Position numbers and translations under genes: made by a program
Origin: an uncultured virus (IMG/VR IMGVR_UViG_3300035034_002688)
Taxonomy: Duplodnaviria > Heunggongvirae > Uroviricota > Caudoviricetes
Length of the DNA stretch: 64,000 nucleotides
Reading direction: 5' to 3' (one strand)
Virus record (IMG/VR): IMGVR_UViG_3300035034_002688
Notes under the pieces: generated by a model
The model's input: the letters and a program-made list of their open reading frames with translations, nothing else
What the model was told of the DNA's origin: nothing
The model's database searches: none
Shown: piece after piece, positions 9,698 to 19,177 of the stretch
Numbering within the stretch: position 1 is the first letter of the stretch
Layout of the letters: the number at the start of each line of letters is the position of its first letter

Positions 9698-11932
9698 TTA
9701 CCAGCCGACCATTCGGAGGCTCCGAATTTGAAAGGGATCGCTCAAGCGCATCCCGATGCGTACGCGTACACCGAAGTTGGACCCAGGAGAGGTGAAGTAG
9801 GGAAACGCGTTGGAAGAGAGCGTAAAGCCAAACTCCGGGGGGGATGTGGCTTGGTTGGTCTCCGAGGTGTTCGTCAGGCACCCTCTCTCCACGCGAGTTG
9901 CACCTACAGGGTCAAACACGGCATTATTGAAAGGGCGGTTCAGGCTGAGCCAGTCACTTTGCCCTCCGTCGACCGGGCTGGCAGATGGATTCGCGAGCAT
10001 GACCTCCACGAACAGGCGATCATTGGTCAGGTCTTGCTCCGTGAGCACACCTGAGCACAGCTCGATGCGCAAGACGCCTCCGGAGTGAGTTACCGTACCT
10101 GAGGAGTTCGAGAGGTGGCGGTAATACCAGCGCACATCTGTAGCGCCTTCATACGCCTCTCCCAGAAGCCCAGTGTAATCCGGCCCACTGGGCGTGAAGC
10201 TCGTATAGTCTACCCCAGGATATACAAGCAGACCATCACAGCCAGACCTACAACCGATCACTTGAAGCCCGAACCCGTCGTCGTAGGTCACCAGCGATTC
10301 CAGGGAGTCCCAGTTCCCTGCGTCACGGTCACTGGCGAGCGTGAAGTCGTCCGACCTCAGGAGCCTCCGACCCTCTCCTCGGAAGTCTTCAGAGTTCCTC
10401 GTGGCGTTCGGGGTCCGGTTGAAGACGAGCACGTCGTTCAACGTGCCGGTGGCGTTCCCCGACGTGTTGAAGGGGTCGCTGATTGACGCCTGTGCGGTGA
10501 TGTTCTCCGAGCAGGTCCCGTTGCCGGAGAGCGTCAATGTTACGTCCAGGCTCGCGTCGTCGTTGACCGAAGGAGCTGCGCTGGGTGTTGTGATCTCGGC
10601 TGCGTTGTAGGCGTAGGTGGTGTTCCCGAACCCCTGAGCCGACGCATTGAGGCGGAAGGGCTGGGCTACGTACGTTTGGTTGAAGGGGTCCGTGTAGTCC
10701 ACCAGGGCCCGAAGCGTGGTCCCGTTGGTCGCGTGTGGTACTCCAGAGAGATAGAAGTCGACGGTGGATAGAACCTCCAGCGCGGGCGCGCCGGCCACGG
10801 GTGGAGTAGGTCCGGCGTCCACGAACACGGGGTCCGTGTAAACGAATGGGTAGGCGTCTCCCGCGACGTCATGGCGCGTCTCGATCCTCGTGATGAGCCC
10901 GCCGTCCGTGCCGAGCCCTGGAACCGCCAGGGGGTCGATGGTCGTGGTTACGAAGCCGGCGCGTCGGCCAAAGTCCGAGATGAGCCCGGTGATGCTGATG
11001 GTGATGCCTGATCCGGTCTCGGTCTTTTCGGTCCCATCCAGGAGCAGCACGAAGCTCACCGTTTGCTCGACCTCGGCGGCGTCAAGGTACGTGATCTCGA
11101 CGGTGATGGTCCCCTCCTCAAGCTGCGTGGCCTCCTCAATGTTCACATAGGAGAAGGGCGCGCGCGCCACTTGGTGGAGGTTCTCATCGTCGAGACCTCC
11201 GACCCCATACTCACCTTCGGGAGAGCCAATGAAGGCCTGCGCAAAGACGGGCGGGGAGACGGAGGCGTCGTTCTCGCCGTCTGTGGTGTTGTAGTGGGAG
11301 AGGAAGGGTAGGAGAAGCTCCGGCTGCTCTTTGCAGCAGTAGATCGTCCACCAGTTTCCCGCGTCGTCGGACTGAAGGCCCAGCGAGTCGAGGTAGCCCG
11401 TGATCACCATTGGAGCGAGCGAGCCCTCGATGGATTGGCCGGGCGTGGCTGTGACGATGATGCGGTTGCTGTCTGGGGTGACCTTCTTGATGGTGAACGT
11501 CGTGCCTTCGGGGGTGCGGTTCTCCGGGAAGGGTAGCGAGAAGATGTCTGGCAGGTTGACGATCACGTCTCCCAGTGACGTGTCAATCAGGATCAGCTCA
11601 TCGTCGATCTGAGCTTCATAGAGAGGGACCGGGCCGCCCTCTCCTTCATCAATCGTGAGGTTCTGAACGATGGCGGAATTGAGAAAGCCCGCATCCAGGA
11701 ATCCTCGAATCGAACCCTGCTGGTAGCTCGTGAGCGTACGGTCAGTCATGAGGATGTCCACGGTCTCTTTGAAGGAGACGTAGACCGCATGTTTCTCGTT
11801 GGCTCTCTTGTTTTCTTCTGTGTCGAGGTCGCTCAGGAAGAGGCTGCCGTGGCTCAACCCCGTATGCGTGAGTCGAATGAAGCGTGCGCCCGGCCGGATC
11901 GGAGACTTGTGTGCGTTGATGATGCCGGGCAT
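9698..11932 (-). CDS. Putative virion structural protein (744 aa)
   Basis: Long ORF heading the minus-strand structural cluster; beta-rich acidic composition. Confidence 0.6.
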   Translation of the reverse strand: MPGIINAHKSPIRPGARFIRLTHTGLSHGSLFLSDLDTEENKRANEKHAVYVSFKETVDILMTDRTLTSYQQGSIRGFLDAGFLNSAIVQNLTIDEGEGGPVPLYEAQIDDELILIDTSLGDVIVNLPDIFSLPFPENRTPEGTTFTIKKVTPDSNRIIVTATPGQSIEGSLAPMVITGYLDSLGLQSDDAGNWWTIYCCKEQPELLLPFLSHYNTTDGENDASVSPPVFAQAFIGSPEGEYGVGGLDDENLHQVARAPFSYVNIEEATQLEEGTITVEITYLDAAEVEQTVSFVLLLDGTEKTETGSGITISITGLISDFGRRAGFVTTTIDPLAVPGLGTDGGLITRIETRHDVAGDAYPFVYTDPVFVDAGPTPPVAGAPALEVLSTVDFYLSGVPHATNGTTLRALVDYTDPFNQTYVAQPFRLNASAQGFGNTTYAYNAAEITTPSAAPSVNDDASLDVTLTLSGNGTCSENITAQASISDPFNTSGNATGTLNDVLVFNRTPNATRNSEDFRGEGRRLLRSDDFTLASDRDAGNWDSLESLVTYDDGFGLQVIGCRSGCDGLLVYPGVDYTSFTPSGPDYTGLLGEAYEGATDVRWYYRHLSNSSGTVTHSGGVLRIELCSGVLTEQDLTNDRLFVEVMLANPSASPVDGGQSDWLSLNRPFNNAVFDPVGATRVERGCLTNTSETNQATSPPEFGFTLSSNAFPYFTSPGSNFGVRVRIGMRLSDPFQIRSLRMVGW

Positions 11933-11991
11933 GCGGGTAATGCTCTCAGGAGGTGCTGTGGATGCTCTCGTGAGTCCGCATCACAAGTGAA

Positions 11992-12525
11992 TTACAACTC
12001 CCCGCGCGCATCTCTCGCCTCTTTACGCTCGAAGAGAGTGCCAAGGTCTTTTGGGTATCTCTTGCCGTACACGTCGTCGTAGTACATGATCCGAATCGCG
12101 TTCAACCCTCTCCGGAAGTCAAAGCCAAAGCTCGCTGCCGTGCCCTTCGAGAGGTCCATCACTCCTCGCCACTTTCCCTCCTGGCTCCGCCGCGTCTTGA
12201 TGATCCATTCGCCGTCCAACATCGCTCCGTAAGGCCCCCTGTCATTCACACGGCACCACGTCCGCGTCCCGGTCTTCTGCTCTTCAACCAGGACCACCGT
12301 GTTCAACGGGATGAAACGGGACGCACATGTTCGCTGGCTCGGGTCAAACACCTCACCCGTGGCGGTGATTCGCCCGTGGAGGCCTCCGTCACCGCTCCCA
12401 CCTCCATACCAGGAGGAGAGCCCCTCCTCTTGTACGGGGGGCGGCTCAAAGTCGGGCACGACCTCTCCACCTCCTTGTGCCTGGAGGTATAGCGCGAACA
12501 GGGCTCCCATCTTGACTAGACTCAT
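11992..12525 (-). CDS. rlpA: RlpA-like double-psi beta-barrel lytic transglycosylase
   Basis: EEGLSSWYG...HGRITATGEVFD...TCASRFIPLNTVVLV...RVNDRGPY...DLSKGTA follows the RlpA pattern; start moved to ATG 12525 (GAGGAG RBS). Confidence 0.85.
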   Translation of the reverse strand: MSLVKMGALFALYLQAQGGGEVVPDFEPPPVQEEGLSSWYGGGSGDGGLHGRITATGEVFDPSQRTCASRFIPLNTVVLVEEQKTGTRTWCRVNDRGPYGAMLDGEWIIKTRRSQEGKWRGVMDLSKGTAASFGFDFRRGLNAIRIMYYDDVYGKRYPKDLGTLFERKEARDARGEL

Positions 12526-12604
12526 CTTAAACTCCTCTACTACCTCGACACGCGCATGGATACCCCAAGGTCGTCCGAGACGCAAAGTCTTTCTTGTCTT
12601 TTTC

Positions 12605-12634
12605 TTGACGGGGGTTCCAACCCTGTGGTAAACC
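12605..12634 (+). promoter_or_regulatory. Sigma70-like promoter (shared family, 18-bp spacing)
   Basis: TTGACG-N18-TAAACC with TGTGG before the -10; upstream of the HTH gene. Confidence 0.5.
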
Positions 12635-12691
12635 TTTTTACATGGCTTGACGGCCATATGCCGGACCGATCGGGTAGAGAGAGAGAGATAC

Positions 12692-13303
12692 ATGACATCA
12701 GGTAAGGTGAGCGAGAACGCCAAGGCGTATATCCGTAAGAGCGTGTTGGAGTGTAAGACCTATGCACAGGTTGCCGAAGAGGTCGGGGAGCTGTACGGCA
12801 TTGAGATCACGAAGCAGGCCGTGAACTACTACGTGGGCAAGATGGAGCTGCGTGATCAGATCAACGCAGCGCGCGAGGCGCAGAAGAAGGCTCAGGAGAG
12901 CGAGTGGCGTCAGGGCCTGCGTGCCTACGTAGAGTCTCAGGACGTCAGCACGGTGACGCTGAGGGAGGCCAGCGCGCAGATCGGGGCGCCGCACGACTGG
13001 ACGCGTGATGCGTTGATGAGTCTGGGGGCGTACGACGACACGACCTTCCGATCACGGATTGACGACGTGGAGCTTATGACCCGGTACATTATCGACGACC
13101 TGAGCCTGTCTGAGCTGCACGAGAGCTACTACAATGACGTGTGCATCTCGACGCTGACTCAGACCGTGCGTCAGCTCCTCAAGGAGCACAACGTCGACCC
13201 CCGGCCCAAGAGCTGCGCGAACAACGAGCCTCTCAAGGCCTCGTGGCGCCTGGAGACCCTGGAGAAGCTGAAGTCCCAGGGGTGGGCCGTCGCGGAGGTC
13301 TGA
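12692..13303 (+). CDS. Helix-turn-helix DNA-binding protein
   Basis: TYAQVAEEVGELYGIEITKQAVNYYV is HTH-like; further HTH-like segment TLREASAQIG; ATG at 12692. Confidence 0.6.
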   Translation: MTSGKVSENAKAYIRKSVLECKTYAQVAEEVGELYGIEITKQAVNYYVGKMELRDQINAAREAQKKAQESEWRQGLRAYVESQDVSTVTLREASAQIGAPHDWTRDALMSLGAYDDTTFRSRIDDVELMTRYIIDDLSLSELHESYYNDVCISTLTQTVRQLLKEHNVDPRPKSCANNEPLKASWRLETLEKLKSQGWAVAEV

Positions 13304-13345
13304 TCACAGGCTACAGGGGTCGGATCACAAGCAGGGGGGCCGAAG

Positions 13346-13381
13346 AGAGGGGGGTGAGCGTTCAGGCGTTCACCTCTCTCT
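13346..13381 (+). terminator. 15-bp hairpin after the HTH gene, possible terminator
   Basis: AGAGGGGGGTGAGCG pairs with CGTTCACCTCTCTCT (with G-U pairs), 6-nt loop; no U tract. Confidence 0.35.
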
Positions 13382-13507
13382 GTGCGCCAGGAGCCGAATA
13401 ATCCGTTTGTTCCCGGTGAAGTTGTTGTACCACGTGTCTTCGCCCCTCGTGTTGGGTAGACGACCAACTCCCCAGATACAATCAGCCTTTGATGGCAGGA
13501 GACCAAG

Positions 13508-14851
13508 ATGAGTGAGATGAAGAGGATTGCCCAGTGGGCGCAGCGATTGAACCGCAGCCTTGAGATGATGCGTGCGAAGAAGGCCGCGAGCGAGAGCCGA
13601 ATCAGCTCCAAGGTCCAGGCTCTCCTGCGCATGGCTGGCGAGGGCAAGCTGGACGGCACGGCTCTTCTCTCGGACCTTTCACGTCTTGAGCGTCTGGCCG
13701 AGGAGAAGGGAGCCACCCACGCTACGTTGAAGCAGGTCGAGGAGGAGGTGGATCGCATCTACGGCGACCAGTCCAAGAACGACATCTACTACTTCAACCG
13801 TCGCAACAAGGGAGCCTCGGAGCTGGAGGAGGAGACCGCGAAGGCCGACAAGACCTACGGCGATCAATCCAAGAACGATACGTTCTACACGGGCAAGGCG
13901 GCGGCGGCGTTCATGCGCAACCGTGACGACCTCATTCAGCACATCGACCTTCTCCTCAAGCGTACCGATCGTTGGGAGCATGGCGGTGGAGATGCACACA
14001 AGTACGCTCGCCACCTTGCAGGACGATTCGAGCTTCTCGGCAAGGAAGAGTATGTGACGGGCATCTACTATGATGTGTACTTCAAGCGAATGGCCAAGCA
14101 GCTCAACATGTCGATGCGAGGCTCTTCCGAGGAGATGGACTACGTTCTTGCGGACGTGATCGACCAGCTCGCAAACCTTCGCAATCAGGTCCGACGTCTC
14201 AAGAAGGCTTCCAAGGAGCTGGAGGAGATGAAGGCCTTGACCACGTACGAGAACGAGGACGTCGACGCGGAGTGGGACGGCACGATGAATCAGGGGTTCG
14301 AGTCGGTACGTAACGCGGGCCTGAGCCCGATCGGCAAGACCATCTACCAGCAGCTCGGCAACAAGGCCGCCGTGATGTTGGGCGGGACGCTCTACGACAT
14401 CCGCAACGGCCTCGGGATCAAGTGGCCCAACCGTCAGCGCTCCAAGGGCAACTACGTGGAGATCGTCCTCAACGGGAAGGACCTCTACGACATGACCTTC
14501 TTCAACGTCTCGATGAAGGGCAAGAAGATGGTCAAGCAGTACAGGGACCTCTTCGCGGAGTCTCTGGCTCCGACCTTCGAGGACCAGACCGGCTGGTACC
14601 TGCGCATGTCTTCGGTAGAGGCGGGCGTGATCTCGCCGGAGCTTCTGCGTCAGGCGCTTGAGGAGGATGGCTTTGTGATCGACCCGGCTGACCAGCTCGA
14701 CCTCAACCAGCCGGGCCCTTACGACTACAACGCGCCTCTGCCCCTGGACGAGGCGCACCCTCTGGGCATCCACGACTGGCCTTCCCAGGAAGACCCTGAC
14801 CGTCCTATTCAGCACCTCCAGCCGGTGATGTCGAGCAAGAAGGGCAGGTAA
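13508..14851 (+). CDS. Multi-module hypothetical protein (447 aa), possibly head-associated
   Basis: CAGGAG RBS; internal duplication YGDQSKND x2; C-terminal TIYQQLG...DLYDMTF...FEDQTG segment. Confidence 0.7.
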   Translation: MSEMKRIAQWAQRLNRSLEMMRAKKAASESRISSKVQALLRMAGEGKLDGTALLSDLSRLERLAEEKGATHATLKQVEEEVDRIYGDQSKNDIYYFNRRNKGASELEEETAKADKTYGDQSKNDTFYTGKAAAAFMRNRDDLIQHIDLLLKRTDRWEHGGGDAHKYARHLAGRFELLGKEEYVTGIYYDVYFKRMAKQLNMSMRGSSEEMDYVLADVIDQLANLRNQVRRLKKASKELEEMKALTTYENEDVDAEWDGTMNQGFESVRNAGLSPIGKTIYQQLGNKAAVMLGGTLYDIRNGLGIKWPNRQRSKGNYVEIVLNGKDLYDMTFFNVSMKGKKMVKQYRDLFAESLAPTFEDQTGWYLRMSSVEAGVISPELLRQALEEDGFVIDPADQLDLNQPGPYDYNAPLPLDEAHPLGIHDWPSQEDPDRPIQHLQPVMSSKKGR

Positions 14852-14907
14852 GAGTCCGCGTGTTGGGAGTCAAGTAAACCTACACCTACTAAAGAGGAGT
14901 CAACGCC

Positions 14908-15549
14908 ATGCGTGACAACGACAACAAGGTATACAAGCGGGGTACGAACCCCAACACGCGGATCGCGATCAGCCAGAAGAACAAGCTGTACTCGGTCGCG
15001 CGTGGCAACTCTGCGTTCTCCCAGGTGGGCGTCGTCTCCAGCTTCGGCTTGAGCGAGTCGCGCGCCGTGGATGAGGTTCGTGGCATGGGCTACGGTGATC
15101 AGGTTGCCGAGCTGGTCCCCGGCGTCACGGGTGCCATGAGCATCTCGATCAGCCGTACGCTGCTCTACCTCGCCAACATCTATCAGGTCATGGGCTACGC
15201 CGGTGGCATTGACGGGCTCGTCCGCTCGCTCAAGCACCACCAGTGGCCTTTCGACCTCAAGCAGGAGCTGGTGCTCAGCCGCATCGCCTCCAACTCGCAG
15301 AACAACCCCAAGCTCACCTCTCCCTCCTCGGACGGGACCAACGAGGCGCTCTTGACGTTCTTCGAGGCGTGCTGGATCGAGTCCTACTCCGCCAACTACG
15401 CCGCTGACGCTGCGATGATCTCGGAGGACGTGGGCATCAAGGCCACCGACATCATCGACGGCACCTCGACCTACGGCGAGCTTGCCTCCGATCCGGAGTC
15501 CACGGGCAACAACCCGTTCAACGAGACCGGCTCGGCTCGCTACCAGTGA
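14908..15549 (+). CDS. Putative tail tube protein
   Basis: 213 aa, GAGGAG RBS, followed by a terminator; QVGVVSSF...RAVDEVRG...ELVPG...PFDL...FEACWIESYS pattern resembles myovirus tube proteins. Confidence 0.7.
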   Translation: MRDNDNKVYKRGTNPNTRIAISQKNKLYSVARGNSAFSQVGVVSSFGLSESRAVDEVRGMGYGDQVAELVPGVTGAMSISISRTLLYLANIYQVMGYAGGIDGLVRSLKHHQWPFDLKQELVLSRIASNSQNNPKLTSPSSDGTNEALLTFFEACWIESYSANYAADAAMISEDVGIKATDIIDGTSTYGELASDPESTGNNPFNETGSARYQ

Positions 15550-15574
15550 TCCGGGAATCTTGAGACTCTCTATG

Positions 15575-15609
15575 GGCGCCGTGCATCTCAGCACGGCGCC
15601 TTTCTTTTT
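15575..15609 (+). terminator. Rho-independent terminator
   Basis: GGCGCCGTGC-atctca-GCACGGCGCC followed by TTTCTTTTT. Confidence 0.9.
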
Positions 15610-15617
15610 GGAGGGTC

Positions 15618-15658
15618 TATATACCCTGTTGACTCTTAAGCGTCAAGGGGGCTATGCT
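15618..15658. promoter_or_regulatory. Overlapping oppositely oriented promoter-like elements on a near-palindrome
   Basis: TTGACTCTTAAGCGTCAA (15629-15646); plus strand TTGACT-N18-TATGCT; minus strand TTGACG-N17-TATATA. Confidence 0.55.
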
Positions 15659-15681
15659 CAGAAGGCCTACTACGGAGATCA

Positions 15682-16029
15682 ATGTCGATGCAAATGCCTG
15701 AGCTTATGGTGCACGAGTTTGAGACCTTTGTGTGGTCTTTAGAGCAGTGGTATGAGCGCCACCCGATGCCGGCTCCCCTGGTAACACGTTGGATTGGCCT
15801 CTTCCTGGAGGCATACGAAAGCCGAGACCTCCATGAGTTTGGAGTCTCGGCTGCGTGGGTGGCCCGTGTGCTGTACTCAGACTTGCTTGAGTCTCCGATG
15901 CGTAATCAATACGCCAAGTGGGCGCGGCACGCGTCACTCTGTGCTCGGGTAGCGGGGGGTAGGCCCTTGGTCAGTCATGTGCTCCGACACCGCGTCAAGA
16001 CACCTCCCGAGATGGTGTTGCTTCACTGA
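15682..16029 (+). CDS. Hypothetical protein (115 aa)
   Basis: GGAG RBS; downstream of a promoter-like element. Confidence 0.55.
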   Translation: MSMQMPELMVHEFETFVWSLEQWYERHPMPAPLVTRWIGLFLEAYESRDLHEFGVSAAWVARVLYSDLLESPMRNQYAKWARHASLCARVAGGRPLVSHVLRHRVKTPPEMVLLH

Positions 16030-16445
16030 TCGTCAGAAAAGCGCGCCTCAAGGGCCTCCTGCATTTCCCGCAGATGTGCGCACGCGGTGTCGATCTCAGT
16101 CTTGAGCAGGTCATGTGCGATGGCGGTCGCTTCCTCCTGGCTATCGGCTCGGAAATACACATTATCCGATCCAACCAACTGGAAGGAGATCTGATAGATG
16201 TGCTCAGACATCCAACGGTAGATGCTGGCCACCAGAGCACCGTCGTAGTACAGGCCGCGAAAGGACTCCAGGTCTCTAGTTACAAGACCCTCCCCCGTCG
16301 ATCCCATGAGTGCGGGCATGCGGATGAAGACCTCTCCCGCCTCGAAACGGCGGGTCAAGGCGGGCACTCCATTCACCGCCTCTCCGGTAGATTCTGGCAG
16401 GTTGTTTAGTGCCTCGGTCAGTTCAGGGCTGATACGTACAGTCAC
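16023..16445 (-). CDS. Hypothetical protein (140 aa)
   Basis: AAGGAG RBS before GTG at 16445; 3' part of track ORF 16023..16703. Confidence 0.6.
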   Translation of the reverse strand: MTVRISPELTEALNNLPESTGEAVNGVPALTRRFEAGEVFIRMPALMGSTGEGLVTRDLESFRGLYYDGALVASIYRWMSEHIYQISFQLVGSDNVYFRADSQEEATAIAHDLLKTEIDTACAHLREMQEALEARFSDDQ

Positions 16446-16465
16446 GGCGCTCTCCTTGGTGGTGT

Positions 16466-16921
16466 TCAGGAGCCGAGAAGGCTGGGGAGGAACTCCGCAG
16501 CGTCTTCGTAGCTGGGGAAGATGTGGTCGGCGGCCTGTCGAATGAACGCGTGGTCCATGCAGTGCTCCTCGGTCAGGCCGGCGAGGACAACGAGCGTGTG
16601 GGGTTGCTTGTACGCCCACGCGATCTCGAAGGTGGTCCCGAGTGAGCGTGAGGTCGCTCCCGTCACGTCCGCGAACAGGACGTCCGCCTGTGCGACCATC
16701 CACTGATCACGACCAAAGATGGAGCGGTCGTTCGAGAGAGGGTCCTCGTAGCCCTTGGCCTTGGCCGTCCCCAGTCCGAGCAGGTGCTCCTTGCCAAGCA
16801 TCGGATGCAGGACGTCGAATCCCATCTCCTTGAGCTGTGCCGCTCGGTTGTGGAAGTGGATGTATGCTTCGTCGAGGTTGAGTCCCGTGATGGGTCCCGC
16901 GACGTAGACGGTCTTGGACAT
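16466..16921 (-). CDS. Nucleoside 2-deoxyribosyltransferase-like (NDT/Rcl fold) protein
   Basis: VYVAGPITG...GFDVLHP...IFGRDQWMVAQADVLFA...SLGTTFEIAWAY; catalytic Y/D/E pattern present; AAGGAG RBS. Confidence 0.8.
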   Translation of the reverse strand: MSKTVYVAGPITGLNLDEAYIHFHNRAAQLKEMGFDVLHPMLGKEHLLGLGTAKAKGYEDPLSNDRSIFGRDQWMVAQADVLFADVTGATSRSLGTTFEIAWAYKQPHTLVVLAGLTEEHCMDHAFIRQAADHIFPSYEDAAEFLPSLLGS

Positions 16922-17010
16922 GCTATGCTCCTTGGGTGGTATTGCTCTTGTAGGGTGCGTGCCTGTACCCCGTTTTGGGGCTCATATGACTTGCGAAAGG
17001 TACCACGGGT

Positions 17011-17589
17011 ATGACCCTGGAACAACTCAAACGTGTCCTGCTGGCCCTGGGGGTGCAACACCCCAACGTCAAGATCCCTCTAAGGGCGGTCATGGATACG
17101 CTCACCCGTGAGGACTTCGACCCCTCCCGGATCGTGGCAGCACGCCGATCACGCGTGGCAGCTTACGAGGCTCTTGACTTCACCCCTCCAAAGGCAGCAC
17201 AGAACGCAGCCTCAAGGGGTCTGGAGCTGCGCAAGAAGCAGGAAGGGGACAAGGCCGGCCTGACGACGCAGGAGGCAGGAGAGCAGGGTATCGGTTCCGG
17301 TGTCCAACGCGCCGCTGACCTCAAGGCCGGCAAGGCGCTGAGCCCGGATACCATTCGCCAGATGCACGGCTTCTTCTCCCGCTTCCAGGCCCTCATCAAG
17401 AAGGCTCGGAAGCTGACCAAGGAAGACGACATCCTGGAGTCGAACATGTACGTCTCCGACCTACTCTGGGGAGGCGCGCCTGCTCAGAAGTGGGCCGAGA
17501 AGCTCGTCAGTCAAATGGATGCGGAAGACAAGAAGAAAGAGGCAGCTCTCGCACGTCGAGTCGCCACCATCTACCTCAACAGCCACTGA
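17011..17589 (+). CDS. Phage hypothetical protein (192 aa), possibly head-associated
   Basis: FTPPKAAQNAASRGLELR...SGVQRA...TIRQMHGFFSRF...LLWGG segment resembles a domain I recall from phage head-region genes. Confidence 0.65.
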   Translation: MTLEQLKRVLLALGVQHPNVKIPLRAVMDTLTREDFDPSRIVAARRSRVAAYEALDFTPPKAAQNAASRGLELRKKQEGDKAGLTTQEAGEQGIGSGVQRAADLKAGKALSPDTIRQMHGFFSRFQALIKKARKLTKEDDILESNMYVSDLLWGGAPAQKWAEKLVSQMDAEDKKKEAALARRVATIYLNSH

Positions 17590-17599
17590 GAGAGCCCCC

Positions 17600-19177
17600 A
17601 TGCACGTACGCATCACCCCCAAACTTGAGCGCCAGCTCGTCTATGACGTGTGCGAGGTAGCTCGCCAGGGTCTCCTCGTGACACCCACCAAGGTTCCTAG
17701 CGTCCTGCTCAAGAAGTTGGCGGACAAGCTCGTCAAGGAGCTGGAGGTCGAGCTGAGCACGTCCAACGCGTACCGCTTTGCACAGGACCTTCTGGGCTCT
17801 TGCCGCGTCGCGCTGTCGGTGGCGGACATCAAGTCTGCGCTCAAGCAGGCGTCGGGTGAGGATAGCCCCTCGGTGGACCGCAAGACCGCCGAGAAGCTCT
17901 CCTCGATGCTTGAGAAGGCATGTCAAGCTCTCTCCATGGACCCGGAGCGTGGTGCGGAGCGTGCGAGGCGCGGCGCGTTGAAGCTGCTGGAGCGTGATCT
18001 GGCTCTGGAGAGCTGGGCCGCCATGCAGGTCTACGATGCGGTCTTGACGGACTCTTTGATCCTTCTCGACCTCGACACGTCTCAGCTCGGGGGATACCTC
18101 TCGTCGTATGCGGGCCCGGTCCACCAAAGGGTCGCCATGCGCTACGCGTGCTCCTCGGACACGATGAACGCGGGCTGCTCGGGGGCGTGCGCGTGTGCGT
18201 GTGACGGGTATGCGAATCAGGACGCGTGCGCGTGTGCGTCTGTGACCGCGAGCTTCCCCCGGTCCACGGAGGTCGCGACCCGTCGGCTGCGTGCTATTGA
18301 CGAAGAGGTCGAGCGCCTGAGCGTGCAGATCGAAGACCGCGAGGACATGGGAGTGTCTGCTCCTCGGATGAGTCGAAAGCGTCGTGAGTTGATTGAAGAG
18401 CGTGCGGGGTTGATTCGTCTCCTCGCCAGCTTCGGAGTCCGCATCTCCAAGAAGCACAAGGAGAAGCCCAAGGACGTCAAGCGCTACGTTGAAGAGCACC
18501 TGGAACAGGGGATGGACGAGAGCAAGGCGTGGGCGATTGCCTGGAGCCGCTACTGTCGCAAGAGGCCCGGCAGCCCACGGTGCAAGCAGGACGGCTACTT
18601 CAAGGGACAGAAGAAAGGGGGGGCCGACGACGCCAAGGATCTTGGCGTGGACCCGTCCGACTACACGCCCGAGCAGAGGGGACAGATCATCATGGAGCGT
18701 CCGTGGCTCCACCCCCGCAGACCTGACGGCATGACCTACGTGATGAGGGCCCTGTCGGAGCCTCTCGCGCGTTGGCAGGAGTACGGGAGCGGCAAAGACA
18801 AGGTGTTCGCCGCCTACAACGACCTGCACGAGGACCTCAAGAACCTGCTCGACGTCGCCAACCGTAAGGCCATGGGCGCGACCGCCATCGGGTTCCGCAG
18901 CTCGGGCAACGGGAAGTTCCCTTCCACCCTCGGCGGCATCTCTCTGCACTCCAACCTGGAGCCGGGTCAGGCTCGACTCGGGCCCAAGTACAACCGCGCG
19001 TACCGCGTACAGGCCAAAGATGTCCTGATGCACCCGGACGTTCCCAACTCTCCTCTGGCTCGTGGCTCCTGGAAGTGGGAGCGGGAGATGGTCCTCAAGC
19101 CCAACGCCAAGCCCAAGCAGCTCTCGGAATCCGAGACGGTCAAGCTCCTCGAAAAGATCGCCAAGGGAGGGAGGTGA
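17600..19177 (+). CDS. Multidomain protein with C-terminal ADP-ribosyltransferase-like (R-S-E) domain
   Basis: ATG 17600; ordered motifs IGFRS, GISLHS, WEREMVL; Cys-rich linker; KAWAIAWS module. Confidence 0.55.
   Translation: MHVRITPKLERQLVYDVCEVARQGLLVTPTKVPSVLLKKLADKLVKELEVELSTSNAYRFAQDLLGSCRVALSVADIKSALKQASGEDSPSVDRKTAEKLSSMLEKACQALSMDPERGAERARRGALKLLERDLALESWAAMQVYDAVLTDSLILLDLDTSQLGGYLSSYAGPVHQRVAMRYACSSDTMNAGCSGACACACDGYANQDACACASVTASFPRSTEVATRRLRAIDEEVERLSVQIEDREDMGVSAPRMSRKRRELIEERAGLIRLLASFGVRISKKHKEKPKDVKRYVEEHLEQGMDESKAWAIAWSRYCRKRPGSPRCKQDGYFKGQKKGGADDAKDLGVDPSDYTPEQRGQIIMERPWLHPRRPDGMTYVMRALSEPLARWQEYGSGKDKVFAAYNDLHEDLKNLLDVANRKAMGATAIGFRSSGNGKFPSTLGGISLHSNLEPGQARLGPKYNRAYRVQAKDVLMHPDVPNSPLARGSWKWEREMVLKPNAKPKQLSESETVKLLEKIAKGGR

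Noticed and set aside
12526..12723. Long N-terminal extension of the RlpA-like ORF
   Set aside because: Overlaps a promoter and the divergent HTH gene; a better RBS lies at 12525.
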